Assembly (NCBI RefSeq): GCF_006345805.1
Contig: NC_043006.1
Span: forward strand, 78,120,001 to 78,184,000
Direction: 5' to 3'
Source of the DNA: Octopus sinensis
Lineage: Eukaryota
DNA length: 64,000 nucleotides
Of the stretch, positions 36,512-50,055 are shown in pieces. Position numbers and translations under genes: made by a program. How positions within the stretch are numbered: position 1 is the stretch's first letter; each line of letters starts with the position of its first letter. Under the pieces are notes generated by a model, which did not search any database, was not told where the DNA came from, and saw only the letters and a program-made list of their open reading frames with translations.

Positions 36512-36889
36512 AATAATAATAATAATAATAATAATGATAATAATAATAATAATAAATAATTAATGTTAAAGGTGTTGTGCGACTTTGTAACCGTAACTGT
36601 AGAAGGGACATAACTACATACAGCATATTTAGAGAAAATATACTGTCAAGGGACGTAACTCCATTAACACTAAAATATATTTCATAGGCTTTCTTACAAC
36701 CACTCAAGCAGCTCCGTAGAAGTTCATCCAGTGGAGTCTTATAGTGGACGAAAGCGCTATTATATGATATATGATGTATAAAAACATGTAACATACTAAT
36801 GAATATCTGTAAATATAAACCATCCGGATTTCTGAGTACCTCATTTATTCTAATATATAATACCTGTACATCATCTCCAAACCTTCTAA

Positions 36890-36976
<87 letters not shown>

Positions 36977-36999
36977 GTATGTATATGTATGTATATACA

Positions 37000-37047
<48 letters not shown>

Positions 37048-37103
37048 TTATATATATATATAGTTGGAAATAGGTGCGTGACGTTCAGTCATATAATGAT
37101 ATA

Positions 37104-37176
<73 letters not shown>

Positions 37177-39080
37177 TTATACCATACATACATACATACA
37201 TACATACTACATACATACATACATACATACATACATACATACATAAATGTACATACTTACATATATATGTATATACACATGCAGGACGTCAAAAGATGTA
37301 AACAACCTGAAAACGAGAAAATGAAATATGAAAACATAGAAGAGGAACATTTTTTTGCCAACAACGAAAGAAACAAATAGGAAAACAAAACAGGCAAGAT
37401 ATATAATACACTCTAGGCACAAGGCCCTAAAATTTTGGGGAAGAGGAACAATCGATGAGATCGACCCCAGTACGCAATTGGTACTTAACTTATTGACCCT
37501 GACATGATGAAAGGCAAAGTCGACCTCGTCGGATATGTAACTCAGAACGTATCAGCAGACGAAATACCTATTTCTTTACTACCCGCATCGGGCTAAATAC
37601 AGAGAGGACAAACAAGGACAGACAAACGGATTAAGTCGATTATATCGACCCCAGTACGTAACTGGTACTTAATTTATCGGACCCGAAAGGATGAAAGGCA
37701 AAGTCGACCTCGGCAGAATTTGAACTCAGAACGTAACGGCAGGCGAAATACCTATTTCTTTACCACCCACAAGGGGCTAAACAGAGAGAGAACAAACAAG
37801 TACAGACAAACGTATTAAATCGATTATATCGACTCCAGTGCGTAACTGGTATTTAATTTATCGACCCCGAAAGGATGAAAAGCAAAGTCGACCTTGGCAG
37901 AATTTGAACTAAGAACATAACGGCAGACGAAATCTTGCTAAGCATTTCGCCCATCGTGCTAACGATTCTGCCTGCTCGCCGCCTTACCTATATCATCATA
38001 TAAAAGCGCCTCTGCCAATACAAACTTCCTCAAATGTCTTCTTTCTTTTCTCTTCTTTTACTTGGCACGAATATTATTTATTTGAAATAAGATGTATGAT
38101 TAATCCCCAGCACTCAGACTGCATGAGATCTTTCATGACATTTTGTACAGTTTGTGTAATGCCATAATTATATAAACATGAAAGCCTTTGAATAAATTTG
38201 TGTCTCATAATCCTCAGGTCAGAACATTCATTCCTTTCGCTGTTCAATCCATCATGTTTTCTCTTGCTTATAAAGTTTAATGTATAACATGCGACATACA
38301 GTGTTGGTCAAAAGTCACCTGACAGTAAATCAAACCCATTTATTTCCCAGATTTATTTATGTTTAACAACTGAATGAATTTAATGAAAGCATCTAAATAT
38401 GAAACGCCATGAAAATTGTTCAAACTGAAATCCTTCTTGTAAACATTCATAGTTGGAATGAATAAATAAAATTGAACATTAAGTATTTATGGAATCTTGA
38501 TTTACTGTCAGGTGACTTTTGGTCAACCAACCACATGGTTCAGGGATCATTCCCACTGTGTGGCACCTTGGGCAACTGTCTTCTACTATAAAGTCGGACT
38601 GATCAAAACCTTGTGAGTGGATTTGGTTGACGAAAACTGAAAGAAGCCCGTCGTGTACATGTATATGTATATATGTGTGTGTCTGTGTTTGTCCCCACAA
38701 CATCGCTTGACAACCGATACTGGTGTGTTTACCTCCCCATAACTTAGCGGTTCGGTAAAAGAGACCGATAGAATAAGTACTAGGCTTCCAAAGAATGTCC
38801 TGGGGTCGATTTGCTCCACTAAAGCCGGTGCTCCAGCATGAGCGCAGCCAAATGATTGAAATAAGTATAAGAGTAAAAGAGAAAGAGTAATAATGTATAT
38901 GTATGTATGTGTGTATGAATGAATGAATGTATGTATGTATGTATATATATATATTATATATGTTTATGTTTTCGTTTCTTATTGTGTTCGACGTTTTTTG
39001 GGTGTCCTGTACCCATATATGCATGTATATATACATGTAGAGGTAGGTACGTACATATATGTATGTATATATGCATATGT

Positions 39081-39120
<40 letters not shown>

Positions 39121-39122
<2 letters not shown>

Positions 39123-39576
39123 GTAAATCCTCGAGTATAGTCCGCCCTTGTGTATAATACGCACCCCTTCTCTAACTTGAGTCAAGAAGGTCTATATAAC
39201 GTCCTTGGTTTGTAAAAATGCATACGGGAACGTCCTTTATTATTATTGTATATATAACATAATGCAAACGTGTAGCTTTTTTGTGCATTTTGTTTGCAGA
39301 AAATAAAGAAATAACAGTAATAACGTTTAATAAATGTTGCTTACTGCAAGTTATGGAGGATTCTTTTATGGCTTAATTGCATTCAGGCTTAGCTTAAGGT
39401 ATTTTCACGCTCGACATCACAAAATGCGTCTGAATAAACATTTCCGGACAGCAAATAGAGACTCGAACATTGCTTAGAAAATAATTTTCATTTTTAACCT
39501 CGTATATAGTACGCACTAGGGATTCTGACCTTTAAATTTTGGGGAAAAAATGCGGATTATGCTCTAGGATTTACGG
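39121..39576. mobile_element. pogo/Tigger-like MITE, TA TSD
   Basis: TIR CCGTAAATCCTCGAGTATAGTCCGC / GCGGATTATGCTCTAGGATTTACGG, flanked by TA on both sides. Confidence 0.72.
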
Positions 39577-39898
39577 TATACACACACACATACACACACG
39601 CATGTATATATATATATATTCTTTTATTGGTGAGATGCGATTTACGACGAGTAATTGCTACAAATAAGGCCTGCTCCTGGAAAGGTTCTCCCAGTCTGAT
39701 TTCAGGGGTTGAAAGGATGCAGTGCGCGAAGCTACTGCTTATTTCTTAATTAAATTTGGGGTAAAATATAAAAGATATACTTACTCAAGTACATACACAA
39801 AAACGCATGCACATACATATATAGAAGTGTGTATGAATGCGTGTGTACATATACGTGTATGTATGTATGTAAGCATATATACATACATATATATAATA

Positions 39899-39931
<33 letters not shown>

Positions 39932-39932
39932 C

Positions 39933-39971
<39 letters not shown>

Positions 39972-40071
39972 GTCAGTCAGACAGACAGACAGACAGACAG
40001 GTGAGAGTGAGTCGCACACACACATACATACATAACTTAGGAATGAGAACTCACGTTGGAAATTTCCCCAA

Positions 40072-40117
40072 GACACCTGATGAAGTCTGGAAGGTGTATC
40101 ATCCGAAACCTTCTCTT
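40072..40117 (+). ncRNA. Degenerate hammerhead, second copy of the 19032 family (element about 40030-40195)
   Basis: GACAC-CTGATGA-AGTCTG..CATCC-GAAACC. The flanks are homologous to 18975-19125. Confidence 0.55.
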
Positions 40118-40193
40118 AACAACAAACAAGATGAGGACAAAAATCCGTCGAATGTAAATGATGTACATGATTCTTCGTCTCTTAAATATAGAC

Positions 40194-40279
<86 letters not shown>

Positions 40280-41264
40280 ACAGACTTCTTTCAGTTTCTT
40301 TCTACGAAATCCACTCACAAGGCTTTGGTCGGCCTGAGGGTATAGTGGGACTGAACCCGGAACCATGTGGTTGGGAAGCAAGCTTCTTACCATACAGCTA
40401 CAACTGCGACTATAGACAGATGCAATTGTACGCTTAATATCTCCAGATTCAATCGAGATTAATTTGTAAAATGTTCTTCTTCGCTTTACAGATGCACCAC
40501 ACCCAAAGTTTCTATATAGCTAACATCCATTTCTTTGTGGGTTTTTTTCACTTACACCGTGTTCTTTGACGCTAAGCTATAGAATGAAAACCATTTTCTC
40601 AACATACTCAGAAAAGAAACTGAACCAGTAACCTTATGTTAGCGAAATAATGATAATAAAACATTTAATCCCGCTAGCGCCTACATATTTACAACTATCC
40701 AACAATCCTGTTTACTATCTGCAGACGTTTTACATTTACAACGCATTCTTTGTCGAACACCTCATGTTTTCGACATTTTGAAATACTTATATCTGTTAAA
40801 ACATGCACAGGAGTTTCGATATTAACTTCATGTTTATCTTACATGTCAGTTCCACTGAGATAAGCCAGAACAGGAATAACGTTTATTTTTGTTTATCTGA
40901 AACTTGCAGTTTGATAATATATTTACTAACCAGATACATGAAAGATGCAGAATCAGAAATGTTAGAATGCAGAATTATCATGACAACTGAATAGAATAAA
41001 TTAGGCTGAGAAGGTCTAATAAGGCGGGTACCAAGCCAGCTGTTTTTTTCTAGTTACTTTTTATTCGATCTAGTTACTTTTATATTTCTTTTTTTTTCTG
41101 TGCCGTTTAATGATTTCAACCAACTCATTTTAGTGAATTTCTCTTTCTTCTTGGTTGCTTTTTTTACACACAAATTTTCAGAATACTTTCTGCTGATCGA
41201 ACAGTTTTCTATCTTACAAAAATACACACAACCACACAACAACACACACACACACACACGCACG

Positions 41265-41313
<49 letters not shown>

Positions 41314-41362
41314 GCAAACACACACATACATGCACACATACATACATACATACATACATACA

Positions 41363-41430
<68 letters not shown>

Positions 41431-41595
41431 TTTATTTATTTATTATATTTATTTATTTATTCGAGATCCTGCTTTATTTCAATTTAGATGCAGAAAACCT
41501 CCCACATATATATATATATGTATGTATGTATGTAATGTATATATATGTATATATGTATGTATATATATATATATTATATATATATATATATTATA

Positions 41596-41632
<37 letters not shown>

Positions 41633-42869
41633 GTAGGCATACACACACACACACACACACCACACACACACACACCACACACACACACACAGCGAGTTTC
41701 CACACACCTCTGTTCTACGAAATTACGAAATTCACGCACAAGAATTTGGTCAAACCCGGGATCATGGTTGAAGACACTTGTCTAAAATGCCGCGCGCCGG
41801 GATTGAACCCGAAACACAGTGACAGTAAAGTGAGTTTTCCAATATAGAACATCTGTGTACAAAAAAAAATTCTTAATTACTTAAGGTATTTACTAAAAAT
41901 AAATGATGTTGTGTGTGAATTTACTCGGCATAGTCCCTTCTTTTTGCTTCGTCTTTCACCTTCTTTCACTTTCTCGTCTTCTTCTTCTCCTTATTCTTTG
42001 TCTTTTCTTCTTCTTTTGAGTTAGTTTCGATCTTGATCACCCCAAGTACCATTTGATTTGCGTACCCCCAACAACTTTTCTTTGAATTCTCTAAGTGTTT
42101 AAGGATGTTGTGTGCGCTCCTAAAAATATAAATTCGTATACAACACAAGGGCGATAATAGAAATAAAACTGATATAATAACCTCCCTTCAATCGCCGTTT
42201 AGCCTTTGTTATTTGAACGTACAGTATCCTTACATCTACTCTTTACTCTTTTACTATTTTATTTGTTTCAGTCATTTGACTGTGGCCATGCTGGAGCACC
42301 GCCTTTTAGTCGAGAAAATCGAGTCCAGGACTTATTCATTGTAAGCCTTGTACTTATTTTATCGGTCTCTTTTGCCGAACTGCTAAGCTACGGGGACGTA
42401 AACACACCAGCATCGGTTGTCAAGCGATGTTATGGGGACAAACACAGACAAACAAACATATATATACGACGGGCTTCCTTCAGCTTCCGTCTACCAAATC
42501 CACTCACAAAGCTCTGGTCGGCCCGAGGCTATAGTAGAAGACACTTGCCCAAGGTGACACGCTGCGGGACTGAACCCAGAACCTTGTGGTTGGTAAGCAA
42601 GTTACTTACTACACAGCCACTCCTACGCCTGCTCTCTACTTTGCGTTAAAAATATTCCTTTCTACTACAACTACATGACCTGAAAATTGGGAGAGAGGGC
42701 TAGTCGATTACATCGGCCCCAGTACTCAACTGGTGCTTAATTGATCGACCCCCAAAAAGGTTGAAATGCAAAGTCCACCTCGGCGGACTTTGAACTCAGA
42801 ACGTAAAGACGGACGAAATAGCACTAAACATTTTGCCCACCGTGCAAACGATTCAGCCAGCTTATCGCC

Positions 42870-42928
<59 letters not shown>

Positions 42929-42947
42929 TATAATAATAATAATAATA

Positions 42948-42982
<35 letters not shown>

Positions 42983-43544
42983 TATAATAAATGCCCTGAT
43001 GCAGTACCAGCAGTGACTCTCATGGCTTCTGATCTTAACTGATTGGAAGTGTTATCATGTACATGTTTTGTCTTGGTATAAAAGATGGGCTACAGCAAAT
43101 ATTCTGCTCAATACCACAGATTTGCTTGTCAGTTGTTTGACCTTAACCAGTTGAGCATGTCCCTTAGTGGCTGACGATATGTGCATCTCTGATCACGAGC
43201 AGAAGTAGTGGGGGAGCATCATAGCCATGTGTTGAGAGGGATTCTTTGGGGTTTGAATAATTCACCTCTGGAAACATGGGTGGTTCTTTCAATATCCTTA
43301 AACAACCCTTATTCAGGGACCTTTTGAGCGGGATGGGCTACTCAACCTGAAGAAAATTCTAACTGGGCCCCACCTGCAAGGTCATGTGCTGTTTATCTTG
43401 ATATGAGATCACCATGTCGCGCTCATATGGTTGTGATGCATGTGCCTGGTGTACCTTTATCAGACGGGTAGTCATGATGGGTATATTGGGCTTCGTATAT
43501 TTGACCCCAGTGTCACTTTGATGGCATGAACTGCTCTCTCACTC

Positions 43545-43618
<74 letters not shown>

Positions 43619-43662
43619 TAATAATAATAATAATTATAATTATAATAATAATAATGATGATG

Positions 43663-43727
<65 letters not shown>

Positions 43728-44311
43728 GATGATGATGATGATGATGATAACAGGCTTCTGATCTTAACTGATTCGAAGTATTATCATATACATTGTTTTG
43801 TCTTGGTACAGCAAATATTCTGCTCAGTACCACAGATTTGCTTGTCAGTTGCTTGATCTTAACCAGTTGACCATGTCCCTAAAGTGGCTGACGATATGTG
43901 CATCTCTGATCACGAACAGAAGTAGTGGTGGGGGGAGCATCATAGCCGTGTGTTGAAAGGAATTCTTAGAGGTTTGGATAATTCATCCTTGGTAACATGG
44001 GTGTTTCATTCAACATCCTTAAACAATCCTTATTCAGGGACCTTTTGAGTGGGATAGGCTACTCGACCAGAAGAAAATTCTAACTGAGCCCCACCTGCAA
44101 GGTCATATGCTATTTATCTTGATATGAGATTACCATGTCGCGCACGTATGGTTGTGATGCATGTGCCTGGTGTACCCTTATCAGACGGGTAGTCATGATG
44201 GCTATACTGGGCTTCGTATATTTTACTCCAGTATCACTTTGATGACATGCACTGCTCTCTCACTCAATAATAATAATAATAATAATAAGAGTAATAAGGA
44301 TGATGAACATC

Positions 44312-44354
<43 letters not shown>

Positions 44355-44445
44355 CGACGACGACGACGACGACGACGACGATGATGATGATGATGATGAT
44401 GACGACGACGATAATAATAACAACGACGACAACAACATCAACAGC

Positions 44446-44515
<70 letters not shown>

Positions 44516-44615
44516 GAAATATCTTGACATTTTTATGCGAGGAGAAATATTTACAGTTTAATATACAATCAGCTGAAATGATGTATTTACAGATGAGGAG
44601 TTTATAAGAATCGGT

Positions 44616-46532
44616 TTATTCTCCGGTTTCAGTCAATGTTCTTATTTTCTGTTTCATTTTGGTGAAGATGTTTCGACTAAACAAGAAAGATATTGCAACC
44701 CAAAGTCCGAAAGACGAATTTAAAAAGATAAAGGCAATTCGTAAGTGGTATGAAGATGTTACGATTGCAACGTATCCAATACTCCACGTAATACCAGTCA
44801 ATAGACAAAGTTTCATATTGATAAATACTGCTACAATATCGTTTCTGTCTGAATGTTGCTGAGCAAATTTACGAAGTTTGTAGATTGTGATAGCTGTATG
44901 TATGTAAAGTATGATATTTATGAGAATAATCAAAGCAAGCGGACCCGCGAAGAAAAGCATAATACTCCACCCTTTGTTTATCCAGCAGAATTCGTATAAC
45001 CCATAACTCGGTGCGAAAATAGAATTTGGTTGGTACTTATCGAGTAGAATTGCAGGTAGAATCAAGAGAATGGGTGCAAGCCATGAAAAGGCCGAATAGG
45101 TGACAAAAGAGCGTTTTTCTGAATATTTTTTTGATTGACATGGTGTCCAGCAAATAGATAGCCATATGTTGATTGTGATGGAATTTAACCAGAAGAATGC
45201 TGACAGAAACGCGTAGTGCATAGCCACTGCCACAGCACGACAGGATGAAGTACCCAGCTTGGAAAAATGAGGTGTTAGGACGAAGAAAAGTTGCGCCATA
45301 AACAAAGTGATGGCAAATGAAACATATATGAAACCAGACAGTGTGCGGATATTACGAAAATACAAAAATTTAACAATAAGAATGGCTAAAGCAATCATTG
45401 AAATGATAGAACACACATATGTGAGTTGGATTTCAGTTTTAGAAGGTTCTAAATATATTACTTGAATATCTTTGTTTAAAATCCGATCCCGGCATATATA
45501 CACATCCATACGGCTTGTGTCATTTATAGAATAATATTCTTTCCCGTGAAATGTCTTTGTTGAATTATGGTAAAGTGTTCCATTTGCTAAGAATACAAAT
45601 TCATGGTTGTTAAGTTTTACTTGCGTACAGTTCGGACCGCTTTTATCCACTTGCAGTTTCTTTCGACACTCACCGTTAGTGTATATGTATCCTTCTTTAC
45701 AAGGATTCATCCGTACTAGGTGATCTGCCTTGCTTACAGCAACATCTCGATTGAAATTAAGCAGGACTGCAAACGATAATCTTGCTTCAATTCCGTATGA
45801 CGGAGTTTCGTTGGCATAGTGACAAAGTATTTCTTCCGACTTATTTATATTGCAATTGAAACAAAAAATATTTTTATACATTGTACCGTTAAGATCGTAA
45901 ACAACCCCGTAGTAACCATTACGACAATTTTCCACAGTCTCTTCATTTGTTCCTTGTGGACAGCTGGAGATTATACTGTCACTACATTTATGTTCGTAAG
46001 AAGAGTCTAAGTTATCCATTTTTCTACGGCATCCTTCCATATCTCCATAAAAAGTTTTATTGAGATTGCTCAAGTCAATTTCATTTGGGCATTCTATGCG
46101 TATGTTCCAAAACGTATAATTATTTTCACCGTTACAAAGAGCACAAAACATATTTTTGTAGACAATCTTGGATTCAATACTTGTTACGGGAATGCCCCAA
46201 GCTGGATGGCCAGTGTCCATATAGCAGTTTTCACTTATTTCAGACTCATGCGAGTACTCTTTACTACAAGACGTTACCATCATCAACGAATGATCCCTTT
46301 CGATGTCGACACATTTAGATTCACCATATTTATCGCTGCTTGATATGTCAGTTGAGTTGTAATTAATACAGCAGTCGCCATAAACCTCACAGCGAGTATC
46401 GCAGAAACAACCCTGTAGGTAAAAGTGATAGCTTTGGTTCAATGCTTGGTCGGCACATTCGTGATGACCACATTTATCTTTGGCTAAAATCAAAGTGAAA
46501 AGTGCTACTAGAAAGTACGTGAACACCAGCAT
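44616..46532 (-). CDS. Class B / adhesion-like (Methuselah-like) 7TM GPCR with somatomedin-B domain, 638 aa, single coding exon (GPCR-2)
   Basis: Intact ORF with a signal peptide, SMB signature GCFCDTRCEVYGDCCINY and two YKNxFCxxCN repeats. The 7TM region is clearly paralogous to GPCR-1 (PAxLLDKYxPxSxFAPxYG, FCWxN, INMKLCxLTG). No GPS motif. Confidence 0.94.
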   Translation of the reverse strand: MLVFTYFLVALFTLILAKDKCGHHECADQALNQSYHFYLQGCFCDTRCEVYGDCCINYNSTDISSSDKYGESKCVDIERDHSLMMVTSCSKEYSHESEISENCYMDTGHPAWGIPVTSIESKIVYKNMFCALCNGENNYTFWNIRIECPNEIDLSNLNKTFYGDMEGCRRKMDNLDSSYEHKCSDSIISSCPQGTNEETVENCRNGYYGVVYDLNGTMYKNIFCFNCNINKSEEILCHYANETPSYGIEARLSFAVLLNFNRDVAVSKADHLVRMNPCKEGYIYTNGECRKKLQVDKSGPNCTQVKLNNHEFVFLANGTLYHNSTKTFHGKEYYSINDTSRMDVYICRDRILNKDIQVIYLEPSKTEIQLTYVCSIISMIALAILIVKFLYFRNIRTLSGFIYVSFAITLFMAQLFFVLTPHFSKLGTSSCRAVAVAMHYAFLSAFFWLNSITINIWLSICWTPCQSKKYSEKRSFVTYSAFSWLAPILLILPAILLDKYQPNSIFAPSYGLYEFCWINKGWSIMLFFAGPLALIILINIILYIHTAITIYKLRKFAQQHSDRNDIVAVFINMKLCLLTGITWSIGYVAIVTSSYHLRIAFIFLNSSFGLWVAISFLFSRNIFTKMKQKIRTLTETGE

Positions 46533-46617
46533 TTTCCTAGTCGCTGTCTCTCGCCTAAGCTATCTCGTGTTGAACGAAGCCAAGCTGAATGCGGGCAGCT
46601 TTAATATTAACACATAC

Positions 46618-46650
46618 ACTAAATATATTAATCAGCCACAAACTTATATA
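46618..46650 (-). promoter_or_regulatory. Putative TATA box + initiator core promoter of GPCR-2
   Basis: Minus-strand TATATAAG at 46650-46643, and an Inr-like TTAGT with its A at 46620, exactly 30 nt downstream of the first T and 88 nt upstream of the ATG. Confidence 0.55.
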
Positions 46651-47019
46651 AATCTTGTCGATCCCACATCATCCGGCGTTAAGGGAAATTCATCACTCGA
46701 ATATAAATTTCCGTTATTAAGTATATATGTACGGATGTATGAGGATATTTGTAAGTGTATTTGTGTGTGTGTGTTTGTTTAAACGTTTGCTTTGTATATG
46801 TGTGTGTTTGTGTGAGAGTATGGGCGCATGAGAGAAAGAGAGAGAGAGAGACAAGAGGAGAAAAAATAGGAAGAGAAGGAGGTGTGTAACAGAAGGGAGA
46901 GATAGGGAATTGGAGGGTGTGGGGAAAGTAGAAAACTTCAGACGGATTCAATAAAAATACTGATATATACGAATCCATATGCAAGTTACGTTTTGTGCGG
47001 GATAAATATAAAGAGCCAC

Positions 47020-47655
<636 letters not shown>

Positions 47656-48349
47656 AGAAAAGCCTTCCCAGTCAGATCAAATGAAAAAGTTCAGCTATTA
47701 TAGGGATAGATTTCATAGCAAAACGCCTGTACCAGGGCAATGCACCAGTCTAGAGTTCCTGGTAACAAAGTACTTAACAAAGTTCCTGGTAACAAGTACG
47801 TAACAAAGAACTGCCCTTTACTCTCTCTACAGTTCAAACCTTGTTCCCTCTTGTTGTTCACCAAGCTGAAGAAGATAAAGGAGCCTGTGTCGAGGGTCCT
47901 GGAATTCATCACTTGGGAAGAATTCCATGGGCCCTCCACAATGTGACAGGAGCGCTTCCATATCTGCATTCAAGACAAAAGAGTCTATTTTGAAGGAGTT
48001 TAGAGGTTTGTATTACTATAAAGTTAATAAATGTCCCAGAATTTCTGGAAATTACCTTGTATATGTTTATTTGTATCTTTTATCTTTTATTTGTTTCAGT
48101 CATCAGACTGTGGCCATGCTGGAGCCTTGAAGAATGAATCGAGCCCAGTCATTTTTTTGCCTTTTCTTGTTAAACCTGGTACTTATTCTATCAGTCTCTT
48201 TTACCGAACTGCTAGTCTACGGTGATGTAAACACACAGACACTGGTTGTCAAGCGGTGGTGGGGGACAAACACACACACGCACACATACATACACACATA
48301 CATGCACACATACACGGGCACACACACACACAGACACACACACATAAGT

Positions 48350-48790
48350 AAAGTTAATCGCCAGATCAGTATGTCTGCTCGATTTTACTACCATTTTAAT
48401 CCCGGGCAGATCTTCCACCGGCTGGTTATAGGTGTAGCATGCACCCTGTATATGTGGCAAGCAGGGAATCGAATCTTTTACCATCCTCGAGCAGACGACC
48501 GGATTGCAAATTAGTGACCGATGGTCGCTTTGCTTTCTGTATAATGCGTGCTGGAGCAGACTTACCCTCTCTCTAGCAGTCGTGTGTTCGCCCCTGAGGA
48601 TAGGCAGAAGTAGTCCGAAACCGTGTCGTTCTCGCGACCCCGTCTCAGCTGGAGGATGGTAGGGTTTCACTCCCCTGCTTACAATATATACAGGGTGCAG
48701 ACTGCACCTATAACCAGCTGGCGGAAGATGCCTAGTGCTAAAAGCATAGTAACGTCGAACAACCATATTGATGTGGCGATTCACTTTAAT
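48350..48790. mobile_element. Palindromic non-coding element inserted into a SINE-A copy
   Basis: Inverted arms 48408-48497/48641-48730, plus outer arms about 48355-48374/48764-48785. It separates the SINE-A halves at 48075-48280 and 48835-48995. Confidence 0.65.
48591..48630 (+). ncRNA. Degenerate hammerhead in the loop of a palindromic element
   Basis: CCC-CTGAGGA-T-AGGC..GTCC-GAAA-CCGTG-TC|G. Confidence 0.45.
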
Positions 48791-49745
48791 TACTATTTTC
48801 ATCTCTTATTGAGATTTTCTGACTACTTTGCTTTACACGACAGGCTTCTTTCAGGTTCCATCTACGAAATCCACCCACAAGGCTTTGTTCGGCCCGCTGT
48901 TATAGTAAAGTGCACTTGCCCAAGGTGCTACGCAAGTGGGACTCAACCTGGAACCACGTGGTTAGGAAGCATGTTTTTTTTACCGCACAGCCATGTCTTT
49001 TATTAAATATTCTGGATTTTTGTTATATGAATAGAGACGACAGCTCTTTGAATATTATAGTCGAATTGATATCGACATTTTATTCCACCTGTTACATCTA
49101 ATCTATATGACTGTTTCATGTTTTACATTACTACAACTAATTGATTTTGTGCTAATCACACTTACATTAAATTGTCCTTTGGTCGCAAGCCAACTAGATA
49201 AGCCTGCGTAGGAGTCCTCGTAGAATTTACAGCCAAATTTCTCTCCCGAAACCCATTCAACCATGATAAAATATAACGATTTCTCTGAGTGTAACAATTC
49301 ATCTCCTCCGTGTAGTTATTATAGGATTCTAACTGAAGTACAGTAGCAAATATATTGAGGTAGAGCATAATTACTTGAATGATAATTTATTTCTTTAATT
49401 CCAGAGAGAAAATGCAGTGTTCATCTCGCTGGGAATCAAATGTAAAGAAACACAATCATACGCCGCTAGGTTTTCTGCGAGTAAGGCTGCTAGCTGGTAG
49501 ACTCATCAGCGCGCCGGACAAAATTCTTAGACATTCCGTCCATCTTTACGTTTTGAGTTCGAATGCAGCCAGGATCGACTTTGCCTTTCATCCTTTCGCT
49601 GTCTATAAAATAAGTAGCAGTTGAGCACTGGGTGTCAATATATTCGACTTAGTAATCCCAAATTACTGGTCTTGTGCCAAAATTTGAAACCAATATATTA
49701 TAAATGATTCCTAAACATATAATGATTCCATAACAGATAATGTAG

Positions 49746-50055
49746 AGGCGCAATGGCCCAGTGGTTAGAGCAGCAGACTCGCGGTCGTAGGATCGTGGTT
49801 TCGATTCCCAGACCGGACGTTGTGAATGTTTATTGAGCGAAAAAATCTAAAGTTCCGTTAGGCCTCGGCAGGGGGTAGTGGCGATCCGTGCTGTACTCTT
49901 TCACCACAACTTTCTCTCACTCTTTCTTCTGTTGGCTTGCTCGCTTAGCCAACAGGGTGGCGTCATTTGAAGGCTAAAACAATGCGAAGCTCATTGTGAC
50001 CAGCGATATGTAGCAACATCTGATAGCCTGGTCGGTCACGGTGGTCACGGTGATA
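49746..50055 (+). mobile_element. SINE family E (tRNA-like head); copies at 30060-30335 (-), 50400-50760 (-), 50810-51105 (-)
   Basis: GGCGCAATGGCCCAGTGGTTAGAGCAGC..TTCGATTCCCAGACCGG head and a shared ~110-bp body; the tails differ among copies. Confidence 0.8.
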
